Assembly (NCBI GenBank): GCA_000165345.1
Contig: CM000434.1
Location: forward strand, 832,001-896,000
DNA: 64,000 nt
Direction of reading: 5' to 3'
The stretch's first letter is position 1; each line of letters begins with the position of its first letter. The position numbers and the translations under genes were made by a program. The notes under the pieces were generated by a model. That model had not been told where the DNA came from, did no database searches, and saw nothing but the letters and a program-made list of their open reading frames with translations. Positions 43,902-56,234 of the stretch are shown here, one piece after another.

Positions 43902-43949
43902 GGTACCCGGTACCTTTTTTTTGAAAGAAATTATATATGCCGGTATATT
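43902..43949. promoter_or_regulatory. GGTACC-C-GGTACC palindromic doublet flanked by A5/T6, plus ATGCCGGTATAT
   Basis: aaaaaggtacccggtacctttttt...atgccggtatatt lies 3' of the mucin gene and about 480 bp upstream of the TRAPP gene. Confidence 0.35.
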
Positions 43950-44421
43950 ATTTAACGGTGTGAAGATTAGCAAGAAAACTTTTTTTTTATTTAGGATCAT
44001 GGAAACTTGAAAGATTTGAGTTTTAATAGAGAAACAGTCAAAGCAGCTTTTTTTTTTTCTTCCTTTTATAACTCTAACTTAAGACACCAATAAATGGTGG
44101 ATCTGGAAATAAATATATATTAATATATTTCGATAATTCACCCGAAGTAAAAATTTGAAAATGCTGAAAATTGATAGGCAAAATAAAAAAGGGGCCTCTC
44201 AACCATTAGAAAGAAATATTATGAAATGTTCTCCTGAAGTAAGTTTTGAAAATGAGTAGGAAAGTTGGAGAAATGTATTTATAAATGTTATATTATATGC
44301 ATTACCAATTCCTTTATTTATTTGATTTCAACGTTATTATTATTCTATTTATATAAAATTCAAATTTTAAATATTTAAATATTAGATTAATTTAAGTTCC
44401 TTTGCATTTTTATTTTCTGAA

Positions 44422-45111
44422 ATGGTTCAATATTCCCTATCTTGCCTGAAACCAGGAATTAGGCTTGAAGATAAGTAAGTTGATAAAATATTGACTTTAT
44501 TACCTTTGATGGATTGCAAATTGTTAATTATTAACTCTTTTAAAATTAAAGACTTCATGAAATGGGGATTTCTGTTGGATTTAAAATAGTTGAGCTAATT
44601 TCAATTAGAGATAAAGCTCATCAAAAAAGAGAAACTAGAATACTTCAAATTCTTTCTTTTATATCTCAAAAGTGTTGGAAGTATTTATTTGGACATACTG
44701 GGGATTTACTTAAAGGGCAGGAATCTGATGATGAATGTAAGTTGAAAAATTATGATTTAAAGCTCAGAAAACCAAGAATATTTAAATTTCTTTTTCTCAG
44801 ATATGATCAATGATAAAAATCTTCTTTTAAACAAATTCATCTCTGTACCAAGGGTAGGTAGTGTTTGAATATTATTACAATAATAATAATTTTAACAAAA
44901 TGATTAATTAACCAATATTTAGGATCTTGAACATATTAATTGTGGTGCATATGCTGCAGGAATTGTATCAGGTATTCTAGATAGTTCAGAATTTCCTGCC
45001 AATGTGACAGCTCATACCACTGAAGATACCCCAAATAACTATAGTACAACCATTTTGATTAAATTCGACAAATCTGTACTTCTTAGAGATAAATCTATTC
45101 AATCATTTTAG
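44422..45111 (+). CDS. TRAPP complex Bet3-family subunit (Trs33/TRAPPC6-like), 4 exons: 44422-44474, 44552-44736, 44801-44853, 44923-45111
   Basis: Donors GTAAGT, GTAAGT and GTAGGT; acceptors ATTAAAG, TCTCAG and ATATTTAG; introns 77, 64 and 69 nt. Product is 159 aa. LHEMGISVGFKIVELI...SFISQKCWKYLF...YMINDKNLLLNKF...CGAYAAGIVSGIL...TAHT parallels TRAPPC6 (LENMGFRVGQGLIERF...KFICKDFWTTVF...YVLQDNKFRLL...CGLIRGGLSNL...TAEV). Only exon 2 appears in the track, as ORF 44562-44813. Confidence 0.7.
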
Positions 45112-45225
45112 TGAATAACTTTTTACTCATTTTCACTCTTATTTACAGAATTAGCTTGAATAATTATTTATATCAATATTAGATTATATACTTGATTACC
45201 AATAATTGTTGAATAATAAAAACCA

Positions 45226-47136
45226 TTATAAATTACAGAATCTATATATAGTCACAGAATATTTAGGCACATTCAACATATAGGATACATTATTTTCTGC
45301 AGAATCTTGTATTGAATACTTGATTTGCCCTTTTTTAGGGCTTGTATAGCTACCATCCCATCCTCCGTATTCTTCAGATTGAGAATTAAACTCTTGCTTC
45401 AATTCCCTACCAAAAGATTGGATAATGTTCTGATCTATCTTAACTTGGTAATTATTTTCAAGCCATTCAGTTTTATCCATATTTACAACACATAAAAATG
45501 CTTTGTCCTTGCTTTTTCTAATAAAAACAACGACAAAGTTTGACGTGTTTACATTAAAATGAGAGAAGTTATTGTAATTTGAGGCAAATACTTCTTTTTC
45601 TTTAGTTTTAAGAAGATTGATATCTTTAACCAATTTTCTCATTTGTTGTGTGACTTGGTCATTATTCTTAATTAATCCCCAATCATAGTTATAAGCTTTA
45701 TCTTTAGCTGACCACCATTTCCCTTGTAGATTCTCTGTACCCATAAAAACCATTGGTATTCCAAAAGATATACAAGATAATGAATACAATAACCTACAGT
45801 ATGCTCTTGCATCCCAATTTTGTCTTCCACCAAATTGATCTACTATATATCTCCCAATGCGATCATCACCAGAGGGATTACCACCATTACATCTATTCCC
45901 AGCTTGATCATGATTCCCTAACATTGTTAGAATGCATTGACTAGTGGAATCAAACCCACTGTGACCTTGTATTAGAGATTTAGAATATCCAGAATTCCAT
46001 TCTTGCTGAGTTTTTTGGTTCCTAAACTGAGAAATAATATCATAATATGATGAGTGAATCCAACATGAATCAAATCCACATTCTTTTAAATAGTTTGGGT
46101 TTTCAGGTACAACTTCTGCAATTAGAAACCTACCAGGAAATTCTTCCTTCAATCTAAATGTGATATTCTTCAATAACCAGTTTGGCATATTATGAACACT
46201 ATCAAAACGTATTCCATCAACTCCATACTCACCCAAAAGTACTCTACATGCTTCATATAACATATCTTGTACTTCTTTTTTATGGAAATTGAATTTGGCT
46301 CCCCAGCCAGTATCACCACCTCCCTCAAAGTATATTCCTCCTTGGTGATTATATCCATCAAAATTCCATAGTGAGTTAAGCTTGGATGCTCCGTGATGAA
46401 GAACTAAATCTACAACAATAAATAAATCTTTTTCATGGACTTTCTGGACTAAATATATGAAGTCATCAACCGACCCTAAGTGACTATTAATACTTAATAG
46501 TAGCCTTGGGTTATAGCCCCATTCTCCACAATACTCTACAATAGGCATAAGCTCTAAACAATTAAAGTTTAAATCCTTAATGTTGTCGAGCCCATAGTCA
46601 GCAATTTGCCTAAAAAAGCTCGGGTTCTTGCTAAATTTTGCTTCAGATTGAAGTGGAAAGTACTCTGAAAATCTTCGAATGTAACTTTCAACGTGTAACT
46701 CATAAATAATTAAATGATTAAACTCATGTTTTTTTAAATATTCTCGAATTGACTTATTAAAGTTTCCAAGAGTATCAGTAATGTAAGATGAATCAGTATC
46801 ATAATCAGTATATCTAGCATAAGGATCCCTCCTTGTTATTTTTTCTCCATTTGATGTTTCCAACAGAAAGTGATACCTTTCATTCATATTCACATTTTTC
46901 ATTATCACTCTTTTTATATTTATTTCATCGTCATTTTCCATTAAGAAGCTTTCATTTGTACCACTATTTACGAGCCAAACATTCTTACAATGCACTACCC
47001 ATAACCTAAAAATACATATACCAAATTCTTTATAAAACATTGCTCCCATCTTTTTTTCCTGTTTCTTAATGTAATTTGGCAACTCTTCATATTTAATTTG
47101 ACTCCATTCAACCTTTTCATTTCTCAATTCACTCAT
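45226..47136 (-). CDS. Glycoside hydrolase family 13 protein, 1,4-alpha-glucan branching-enzyme-like (amylopectin/glycogen metabolism)
   Basis: The four GH13 conserved regions are present: DLVLHHGAS (I), GIRFDSVHNM (II, catalytic Asp), FLIAEVVPE (III, catalytic Glu) and LGNHDQ (IV). An N-terminal CBM48-like segment is also present. The ATG is verified. Confidence 0.8.
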   Translation of the reverse strand: MSELRNEKVEWSQIKYEELPNYIKKQEKKMGAMFYKEFGICIFRLWVVHCKNVWLVNSGTNESFLMENDDEINIKRVIMKNVNMNERYHFLLETSNGEKITRRDPYARYTDYDTDSSYITDTLGNFNKSIREYLKKHEFNHLIIYELHVESYIRRFSEYFPLQSEAKFSKNPSFFRQIADYGLDNIKDLNFNCLELMPIVEYCGEWGYNPRLLLSINSHLGSVDDFIYLVQKVHEKDLFIVVDLVLHHGASKLNSLWNFDGYNHQGGIYFEGGGDTGWGAKFNFHKKEVQDMLYEACRVLLGEYGVDGIRFDSVHNMPNWLLKNITFRLKEEFPGRFLIAEVVPENPNYLKECGFDSCWIHSSYYDIISQFRNQKTQQEWNSGYSKSLIQGHSGFDSTSQCILTMLGNHDQAGNRCNGGNPSGDDRIGRYIVDQFGGRQNWDARAYCRLLYSLSCISFGIPMVFMGTENLQGKWWSAKDKAYNYDWGLIKNNDQVTQQMRKLVKDINLLKTKEKEVFASNYNNFSHFNVNTSNFVVVFIRKSKDKAFLCVVNMDKTEWLENNYQVKIDQNIIQSFGRELKQEFNSQSEEYGGWDGSYTSPKKGQIKYSIQDSAENNVSYMLNVPKYSVTIYRFCNL

Positions 47137-47278
47137 ATTAATTACTTGATTTGATTATTCAGTTTTGAAGCTTTTTATATATTCTTGTAAAAAGAATTTC
47201 TTTTTTTTTTTAAAAAAAAAAATAACTTTTTTTAAAGAATTATTTAATTAAAACAAATGTTAAACTATTTTTTTCCAC

Positions 47279-47395
47279 ATGCATTTGTACAGCTCTATAA
47301 ATTTGTTGTATACCGGCATTTTAACAAATTTGCATGCATACGAAGTGACGTGTCATTTTTTTTTAAATGACTAATCGACACGTATGTGGACAAAT
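47279..47395. promoter_or_regulatory. Motif module CATGCA ... TATACCGGCAT ... TTGCATGCATACG ... GTGACGTGTCA ... GACACGTATGTGG
   Basis: Lies in the divergent promoter between the GH13 gene and the 48103 gene. GTTGGCGCG occurs at 47731. Confidence 0.4.
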
Positions 47396-48102
47396 ATGTT
47401 ACAAAGAATAAATAACAAAGATTCGCTAAAATTTAGAATTTTGATTTTTTTTCCAATTTTTTTTTAAAAAAAGGGAATAAATGTAAAAATAAAATCATCG
47501 TAATAAGTGTCAAATACTACAATCGAAAGAAAAGAAAATCGATCTGGATATTTCTCTTCCATTTTAAATAATCATATTCAAAAAATAATATTATAGTTAA
47601 CTGAATATCATGGTAAATATATTTGGTGAAGAGTAATATTTTCAAATATTAAGTTAAACTCGATAAAAAAAAAATAATTTTTTGAAATATTTACAATATA
47701 TATCAATATTAAATAAATTATTAAAGTTGGCGCGTAAATGTTAATGTCAAATAGAAATAGCCAGATACTTTAAAACAGTCAAAAAGGGAAGATAAGTAGT
47801 TATTATATATTAAATTTCAATTGAAATTTAATATGTTTTTGCGTCAAAAATTTTAATATAAAAATTCAAAAATAGTTATTTGAGACTAAAAAAAAATTCA
47901 ACAAATACTTTAATATTTAATAAAAAGACTTTCAATATATAAGTTATACTCTTAAATAACAATTTATTATAGTAAAAGATTCATTGATAAAACAATTGAC
48001 TAAAAGCTATTCTTTTTGGTATTTATGAGCAAAAGTTCAAGTGTAGTTTTCTTTGGGTTTTATTGGGATTAGACAAAATAGATGAGACTGTGAGTATACA
48101 AG

Positions 48103-50520
48103 ATGAGCCAAGATCGAAATAATTCATATAAATTGGATAAATCTAATTTAAATATTAGACAGATTATTTCAAAAAATATATATCCAATTGAGGTTTTATT
48201 AAAACTTTATAAGCCTTTAAATGTTCCAAGAAGTATCTTCAAATTGGAAACAGCTATTCAAAGGAGTAATATTCACACTTCGAATAATTTTGGATTTTCA
48301 AGAAATTCTGGCTCTAATAGACAATACTCTAATTATTTAGAAAGAAAACATAAAAATGGATATTTTAATAATCAAAATAAAGCTTTCAGTACGTTTGATA
48401 CAAATCACTCCCCCACAAAAAATCCACAAGTTTTTGAAGAGGGAGGAGCTAATGGAATAAATAATGGGTATTCTTGGAGGAAGAATAAGCCTATAACAGA
48501 TAATAATGTTAATCAAGAATCTAAACGTGGAAATCATACCAAACCAAGTAAAAACACTGAAAAAGTGGAGACTGCAATAGGATTTAGCGCTCGTAACCAA
48601 TTAACTGATTTAGAGAAAGATATGTCATCCATTGAGAAAATCTTAAACAATAGGTTTGAAAAGGAGAGCATTGATTCTGAGAAATTTATTAGAAATAAGC
48701 TTGTTATGGCATTAGAAGGAATTGACTCGAGAATTTCTCAAAGTCACAATACCGAAACGCTGTCGGGTGTTAATAATAGTGAGAAAATCAAAGTGCCATT
48801 TTCTGATAAGTTAATTGATACTGGAAGTGATTTAACTGATGAAAAGGCTCATAATGTAATTCACAGTGATTTCAAAGACATAATGTTATCTAATTACTAT
48901 TATCATGGTAATTGTGCAACAGCAGATTCAAGACTATTTAAGAGTAATATAGTCAAAAACAATGTATTGAATGGTAAGTTTGTAAACAATTCAAGAACCG
49001 TTCAGAATATAAGCTGTAACAATGATCTTAATAGCTTTAATGAGAGTAATATAGGAATTGATAGCAATAATATAAATGTTAATTTATTGGGTATTGAAAC
49101 TAATAAAGACCATTCAAGGGTAAATAATATCCAAAACAACTTTAATAATTTCAGAATTGATAACCAATTAATTCAAAATCAACATAAAGTTGGTCTGGAA
49201 ATGAGACAAGAAATAGATATGCTTAATATTCCGATTTGGTTATATAAAGAATCAGGTTCTTTAACAGTGAATGGACCTTTTTCAACAAGACATATGAGCA
49301 GTTTATGGAAAAGTTATACATTTACTCATGAAACATTGTTTACAATGACTTCAAAACATGTTTGGGGACCAATAAACTTATTTTACCCAGATGTTAAATC
49401 AACATTTACTTATATTCCTGATTTGGAAGTAATATTACAAAGACTTACAGATTCTTCAATCCAAAATGATAAAGTAGAGAAAATTAAAAGTGAGGATATT
49501 TCATCTATTATTTCAGAAATCAATGAGCTACAATTAGATGTTGGTGATCACCATATTTCTGCTCCGAAGTTGATTAGTAATGAAAAGGTGAATAAAAGTT
49601 TTAATACTGAAAAGAATTTATCCAGTACTCTAAGTTCTGGAAAAGATTCAGTTAAAGTGAAAGATTTAAAGTCTGATCGTGATAACTCAGTTGTCGAATC
49701 ACAAAAAAGTGAGAATAATTGTGATCTTGTATCAGAAATAATACAACCTTCATCCGCAAAAGTTCCTTGGGGAGGGGTTACTACTGAAAATTTTAAAGCA
49801 AAGAGAGAAGTTGTGAATTTCCAGGATATATTAAGAGAGGAAGAGATCACTTCTAAGGAAAAGCTTAGAATAGAAGCTATGAATCGAGCAAATAATAAGA
49901 GCAATAATTTGGAAGCTTTCAATAATAAAGATACACCTAAAGGTTGGAAAAGAATTCCGAAGGAAAGATCGTGTATTTTTTTGGATTCAATTGATGAACA
50001 AGATTCTTCAGTCAATGATCAAACTAATCAGATCTTATATAAAGTACCTTACTCGAATAATATTAATATTAATAATGGGAATAAATGGAAAGGTTGGGGA
50101 ATCAAATCTGGAGAATCAACAAATGCTGATTTATTTGAAACCATTGCTTTGAATTCGGTCAATAACTTTTCAACGAATCAAATACAACGAAACAATCAAA
50201 AGGGTTTCTGGGAAATGTGTAATTCCGACTCTTTACACAAAAGTTATATGTGGGGTAATAATAATCGTATTATGACATGTAATCAAGTTAATGAAAACAT
50301 TGGTTCAGAGGTAATCGATCATAAAGCAGAATGTAGTTTTGATGAGATTGAGAAGGAAGAAATAAATAAAGACCTTTACAAGGAATCTGAGCTTAATACC
50401 ACAACCAAACTTTTAAATCATAAAAATAAGAGAAAAAAAGGAAAGAAAGTAGACTCATCTCTGTTAGCTTTTGGAATCCGTTCAGACAAACCACGAAATT
50501 TGAATTATGATTTGGATTAG
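48103..50520 (+). CDS. Hypothetical Asn/Ser-rich protein (805 aa)
   Basis: Long ORF with verified ATG. I recognise no domain. Confidence 0.55.
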   Translation: MSQDRNNSYKLDKSNLNIRQIISKNIYPIEVLLKLYKPLNVPRSIFKLETAIQRSNIHTSNNFGFSRNSGSNRQYSNYLERKHKNGYFNNQNKAFSTFDTNHSPTKNPQVFEEGGANGINNGYSWRKNKPITDNNVNQESKRGNHTKPSKNTEKVETAIGFSARNQLTDLEKDMSSIEKILNNRFEKESIDSEKFIRNKLVMALEGIDSRISQSHNTETLSGVNNSEKIKVPFSDKLIDTGSDLTDEKAHNVIHSDFKDIMLSNYYYHGNCATADSRLFKSNIVKNNVLNGKFVNNSRTVQNISCNNDLNSFNESNIGIDSNNINVNLLGIETNKDHSRVNNIQNNFNNFRIDNQLIQNQHKVGLEMRQEIDMLNIPIWLYKESGSLTVNGPFSTRHMSSLWKSYTFTHETLFTMTSKHVWGPINLFYPDVKSTFTYIPDLEVILQRLTDSSIQNDKVEKIKSEDISSIISEINELQLDVGDHHISAPKLISNEKVNKSFNTEKNLSSTLSSGKDSVKVKDLKSDRDNSVVESQKSENNCDLVSEIIQPSSAKVPWGGVTTENFKAKREVVNFQDILREEEITSKEKLRIEAMNRANNKSNNLEAFNNKDTPKGWKRIPKERSCIFLDSIDEQDSSVNDQTNQILYKVPYSNNININNGNKWKGWGIKSGESTNADLFETIALNSVNNFSTNQIQRNNQKGFWEMCNSDSLHKSYMWGNNNRIMTCNQVNENIGSEVIDHKAECSFDEIEKEEINKDLYKESELNTTTKLLNHKNKRKKGKKVDSSLLAFGIRSDKPRNLNYDLD

Positions 50521-50644
50521 GGATCAAATATAGTTAAATATTTAAAATGATCATTTATCAATCTTTTTTTTTACTATTTTTGAATATTTCTTGTATATTA
50601 TTTAATGTATATAATTGTAGAATTTTTCTTTCCCCCCACATACA

Positions 50645-50740
50645 CACACATGTGGACAAATAATTCAATACCGGTATTTCGTAATATGACAAAATTGCAT
50701 GCACATACGTGTAAAAAAAGTTTGCATGCAATTACGTGGT
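50645..50740. promoter_or_regulatory. Motif module ACACACATGTGG ... CAATACCGGTATTTCG ... TTGCATGCACATACGTG ... TTGCATGCAATTACGTGG
   Basis: Lies about 700 bp upstream of the 51438 gene, just 3' of the 48103 gene. Confidence 0.4.
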
Positions 50741-51437
50741 AGAAAGTAGATTATTATGCGAATAAGTAAATGCGATTAGTTTTTATAAAGTTAGTTTTAA
50801 TATATGAAATATAAGATTTTTTTTTCTTCTAAATTTGTTTCATCAGAAAAAAATTGGTAAAGAATAAATTTAGTTGAATAAAAAATAATAATAATAATAG
50901 GAAAACTTTAACTTTGATAAATAGTGGTTAAGTGAGTTATTATGGCCTTTAGCTACAAAAAAAATGGCTACACAGTTTGGCGGCAAGTGCGTAGAAATTG
51001 TGGATGTGTGTGAGAATGGAAATAAATTAAGCTGGAGAAAAAAAAAAAATCGTATTTAATAAAGTAAATGGAAAAGGCCTGCTCAAATAGAGAGGAAAGA
51101 AAGACCAAGAAAGAGAAATAGTATTGATCCAGCGAGAAGTGAAGAAAAGTAGGCGAGTAAAGATAGGAAAGAACGAAGATTGTGAAGTTGAAATATTGGA
51201 GTAGATGAACATAAATTGAGCCATAATAAAGAGGTATATATACATATATCTATATATGTATATATGCAATATATACGTGGAATGCATAATTAATAGAGAT
51301 ACAAGTTTCGAAGCAAAGGCATTTTCACGCACAAAATAATTTATTTTCTAGGTATTAAATTAAATTACATGAAATTAAATCGGAAATTTCAAAAGGAAAG
51401 CAAATATAATTGAAATTTTAGTGGATAATTCAATGAG

Positions 51438-52787
51438 ATGAGTTACAATATTGACTGGCCAAGGCAGGATTCCATTGATAATATTGGTTGTTCATATGAA
51501 AACTTAAATTATGAACATAGATCAAGTACCGCATCTAATGGTGGGAAGAGCAGAGAAAATAGCATATATGCTAACACTGCGTTATTCGAAGATCATTTTT
51601 CCCCAAGACTTTCGGAGGGTCTGAACTCAATGAGATTTTCGGATATTGGGGATATGACAGAGGAAGAGTGGTAAGTTGAGAAGCAAACATTTGTTTCATC
51701 TAATACGTTATCTAATTATTATTATCATTATTATTCTAGGAATAAACAACAACAAAGACAAAACTCACAGAGATATGATGCTTTGTATATTGTAAGTGAG
51801 AAAGAAGAAGATATCATGAAGATGAAGGGTACTAAGGACAAGTTGAAATTCAAGGAAATTGGTAATGAATCAAGAAAAACCAATAAAGATTCAATTTCAG
51901 ACACTTCACTGGGATATATTTGTAGTTTGATATATAACTTCAGAAACAATAATACAATAAGAAGTAAACAGTCACAACTTACTTTATGGGAAATTATGAA
52001 ACAGTTTTACCTGATTAACAATTTATTTTTTATACTTAAAGTCTTAAAAACTTTAATTTCAAGTAATAAGACTCATAGACTAAGTCAAGATATGGGATGG
52101 GTTTCTTTTATGTGCCTATTATCAACTTTCATGACCAGTATATTGGCATATTTAACGAGATCATTCATATTTTATCATCGTATTGCTGATAAATATACAA
52201 ACAAGTTATTTTCACCTTTTCATGTTTATTGCCAAATAAGAAAAGTTGGTGACGAAATGCCTGAAGCTTTATTCATGCTGGAAAGAGTTAATTGGACTTA
52301 TACTTTAATAATGCATATATTGGAAGACATTCCCCAATTATTTGCATCTTCAATTTTCTTATCATACTATGGAAATGATTTTTATGCATTCTTCATGATC
52401 ACATGGAGTTCTTGTATGATCATTACAACTTCCATCAGAATGGGTATTTCTTATCCTCTTATTGGAACTTTAAGTCTTATTTTCTCCAGAAAACCTCCCG
52501 TTGATTCGCCTACTTTGAATGAAGCAACCACAACAACATTGCATTTTCCTCTGTTTATGGCTGCAATCACTTTTATTTGGGCAGTTTCAGATAGTTTATG
52601 TCTATATTTCACTCATGGTTTCTGGACTATCCTTTTTTATTTTGGTCTAACAGCAAATATTCTTGCATCTACATTGTTTATATTATATTATGTACATCTT
52701 TCTAAGCAAGCATCAGCATATACGCGCCAATTAAATTCACTTTATTTTACAGAAGACTTTAGCAGAATTCAGTCAAGACATTTTTAA
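51438..52787 (+). CDS. Polytopic membrane protein (hypothetical), 2 exons: 51438-51670 and 51740-52787
   Basis: Exon 1 (MSYNIDWPRQDS...MTEEEW) ends TG|GTAAGT. The acceptor TTATTCTAG ends at 51739 (69-nt intron) and is in-frame with track ORF 51783-52787, whose listed start is a TTG. At least 6 predicted TM helices. Confidence 0.6.
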
Positions 52788-52903
52788 GTTTTAGTATATT
52801 TTAGAAAAACTGGTAAAGTTATTGCAAGACTCAAGTCTATTTTCTTTATTGTCAGAAAATAGGCTAGCTAGGTTTTGAAATGAAAGTATGACGTGGTAAT
52901 ATT

Positions 52904-53533
52904 ATGCAAAGACTAACTCATGTAACTTGCTTTTTTCTAATTGTGTGTGGATGGGTAATTAATGTATTTTGGCCTTTTGTTGAAGGAATAGGAATAAGAG
53001 ACTTAGAAATTCATGGTACTTCAAAAAATAGTCAAAAAAATTCTTCTAATATTACATACTCTTGGTTTTTAGAAAATCCCAATGAGTTTGTAGAAGGAGA
53101 AAGTAGCAATAATGATACTAACTTAATAGGTACTTCGATACCATATAAAATTGAAGATGAAGATTATAAGTTAACTAAAGATACATCATATTATCAAAGA
53201 AAACATCATGATTTACTCTACTTAGATCAAGTTGGGATCTGGGTAAAGTTTCACGATTATGCCTCAAATGTTGATATATTAGTAGAAAGTACACAAACAA
53301 GAAATACTTTAACAGATTCTAGTCGCAAATATGGAAGATTGTTGGAAGATCAAATCAAAGGAAATCTAAGTAGAAATGGTTCAAATGAAGATCTTGGGTT
53401 ACACTCCTTAAGAAAAAATGGCAGGAAAAGTGGTTGGTGTTTGTTTCATTCATTTTTCCAAGTAGTTTCAAAAGATTGGTTGCTTGGCTGGAACTTTATA
53501 TGCAATTATTTTAAAGAATTCATACTGAAATAA
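52904..53533 (+). CDS. Hypothetical protein (209 aa) with an N-terminal signal anchor
   Basis: ORF with verified ATG and hydrophobic N-terminus CFFLIVCGWVINVFWPF. Confidence 0.45.
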   Translation: MQRLTHVTCFFLIVCGWVINVFWPFVEGIGIRDLEIHGTSKNSQKNSSNITYSWFLENPNEFVEGESSNNDTNLIGTSIPYKIEDEDYKLTKDTSYYQRKHHDLLYLDQVGIWVKFHDYASNVDILVESTQTRNTLTDSSRKYGRLLEDQIKGNLSRNGSNEDLGLHSLRKNGRKSGWCLFHSFFQVVSKDWLLGWNFICNYFKEFILK

Positions 53534-54078
53534 TTGGATAACTTTAAAAATAACAAGTTAAAAGGGCAAATGTTTATTTAATATTTTGAAATGTATAGTT
53601 TATCTACAGTACAGAGCTCATTGTTTGAGTGATGAACTTTAAGTCTTGGCTAATGGGAGAAGCAGGAAAGTCAGAACAGGAAACAAAAGATTTAACTTCT
53701 TTAGAAAATTAAAATCTTTTTATTAGACAGATTAGGATAACTATTTCAGATAAATGTTTATAAACACCCATAAATTCCAGTAATATTTATGGAGATACGT
53801 GGTAGTGGCGATATGGTTGGCGGGCCATAAGAGGAAAAGTTATAAAATAACTCAAAGCAGATAAGCCAAAGAGTTGTTAATTAAGAGCGGAAAGATTAAG
53901 TACAATAAAAAGAAATAGAAATTTATGTTAGATGATGGAACATTAGAATTAGGAAATGTGTTGATTCAGTTTAATTCCTTTAAATTTTTTAATATCAAAT
54001 TTGCATGTAAATTTTTTTTTTATCAAATAATTCAGTATCGATAATATATAAATTTATGCTTGGAATTTAGCCAAAAAG

Positions 54079-54110
54079 GCGCCAACCAGGCTTGCATGTC
54101 TCGTATTCGA
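54079..54110. promoter_or_regulatory. GGCGCC plus TTGCATGTCTCG-TATT-CGAG hairpin element upstream of GAPDH
   Basis: aaaaaggcgccaaccaggcttgcatgtctcgtattcgagtatact shares the CATGTCTCG core and inverted repeat with the eS30 promoter at 34112-34139. Confidence 0.45.
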
Positions 54111-54324
54111 GTATACTAAGGATAGTATATTATATTGGATATTGGGGGAATTAATAATATAAAAAAGATAGGCGCATGGACAGAGAGGATACTGCACACC
54201 AATATTGTATATATAAAGAAATAACCCACTTTATTTAGTTGAATCTTAGATAGATAAACTAATATTTTCGATATTTCTTAATTTTTTTTTTAAAAATTTG
54301 GAAGTGAAGCAAAACTTTTGCTAA

Positions 54325-55386
<1,062 letters not shown>

Positions 55387-56007
55387 ACTAGAACTTAAAG
55401 ATAAGTAAGAACGGAGTAAAACTTTTCGATACATAAACTCTCAAATTGGCATCATTTTATCGGCAATTGTTTTGCAAACCCTTTCAATGTCAACATGTTT
55501 TTCTCTGGCGCAAGCTACCATCTATCTCAATCGGATTTAAACATAAATGCCAACTTTCCCTGCTTCAAATCATCCTCTGCCACCACAGTTCTCTCGACTA
55601 CTCGTAGGGAAATACTGATGTTAAATTGCTAGCGTTGAAAGTGGTTCTTTGGGGGGTCCAGGGAGTTAGCGAGTTGTGTGTAAATGAACATTTACTACCA
55701 AGACTTACTATCGCATGCAGTTTAATCGCCTTTGAAGACTTTCTTCATTATTAGTGTCAAATAGTTTATTTCTCTGTTAATCGAAATGTTAATTACTCAA
55801 TTTCAATCTCAATTAGACCCTTTTTTCTCGAAAAATCGATCTGAGCTTTACTTCATTTAGTTTAATGTTTAGGAGCGAACTGTCCACATAAAATTAGTCA
55901 AGCATTACGTATATTGCTATTATGCTTTGCATGAATGGGGGGCGAAATAGTATTTTTTTATACCGGTATGCAAGTGGAGTGCAAAGAAATTACTAATTTG
56001 CATGTTT

Positions 56008-56017
56008 TTGGCGCCAA
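56008..56017. promoter_or_regulatory. Palindromic E2F-like TTGGCGCCAA, with TATACCGGTATGCAAG at 55959-55974
   Basis: Lies in the hexokinase promoter. Confidence 0.45.
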
Positions 56018-56234
56018 AGTTTGTGAAAAATTTCTGAATTTATTAATTATTTAGAATTATCATTTAATATAAATTAATAAAGTTATTGGTAGAAATTAGT
56101 AAGTGTGATATAAGTATCAGTATAATTGAACGGTCTGATTAATATTTCTGAGCAAGGTAAAGATAGAAAAGAAATAAATTAGAAATTTACGACTATAATA
56201 TAAATATATATAATTAAATTAAAACAAAGCTAAA

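Noticed and set aside
44100-44300. Direct repeat ccgaagtaaaaatttgaaaatgct / ctgaagtaagttttgaaaatgagt upstream of the TRAPP gene as a mobile-element remnant
   Set aside because: It is only two short, imperfect copies with no target-site duplications or coding capacity. It is more likely 5'-UTR or intron sequence, or chance similarity in low-complexity AT-rich DNA.
51027-51332. ORF 51027-51332 (-)
   Set aside because: It is the translation of the TA microsatellite and the pyrimidine complement of the GA-rich tract (YIYIY..., FFF...), not a gene.
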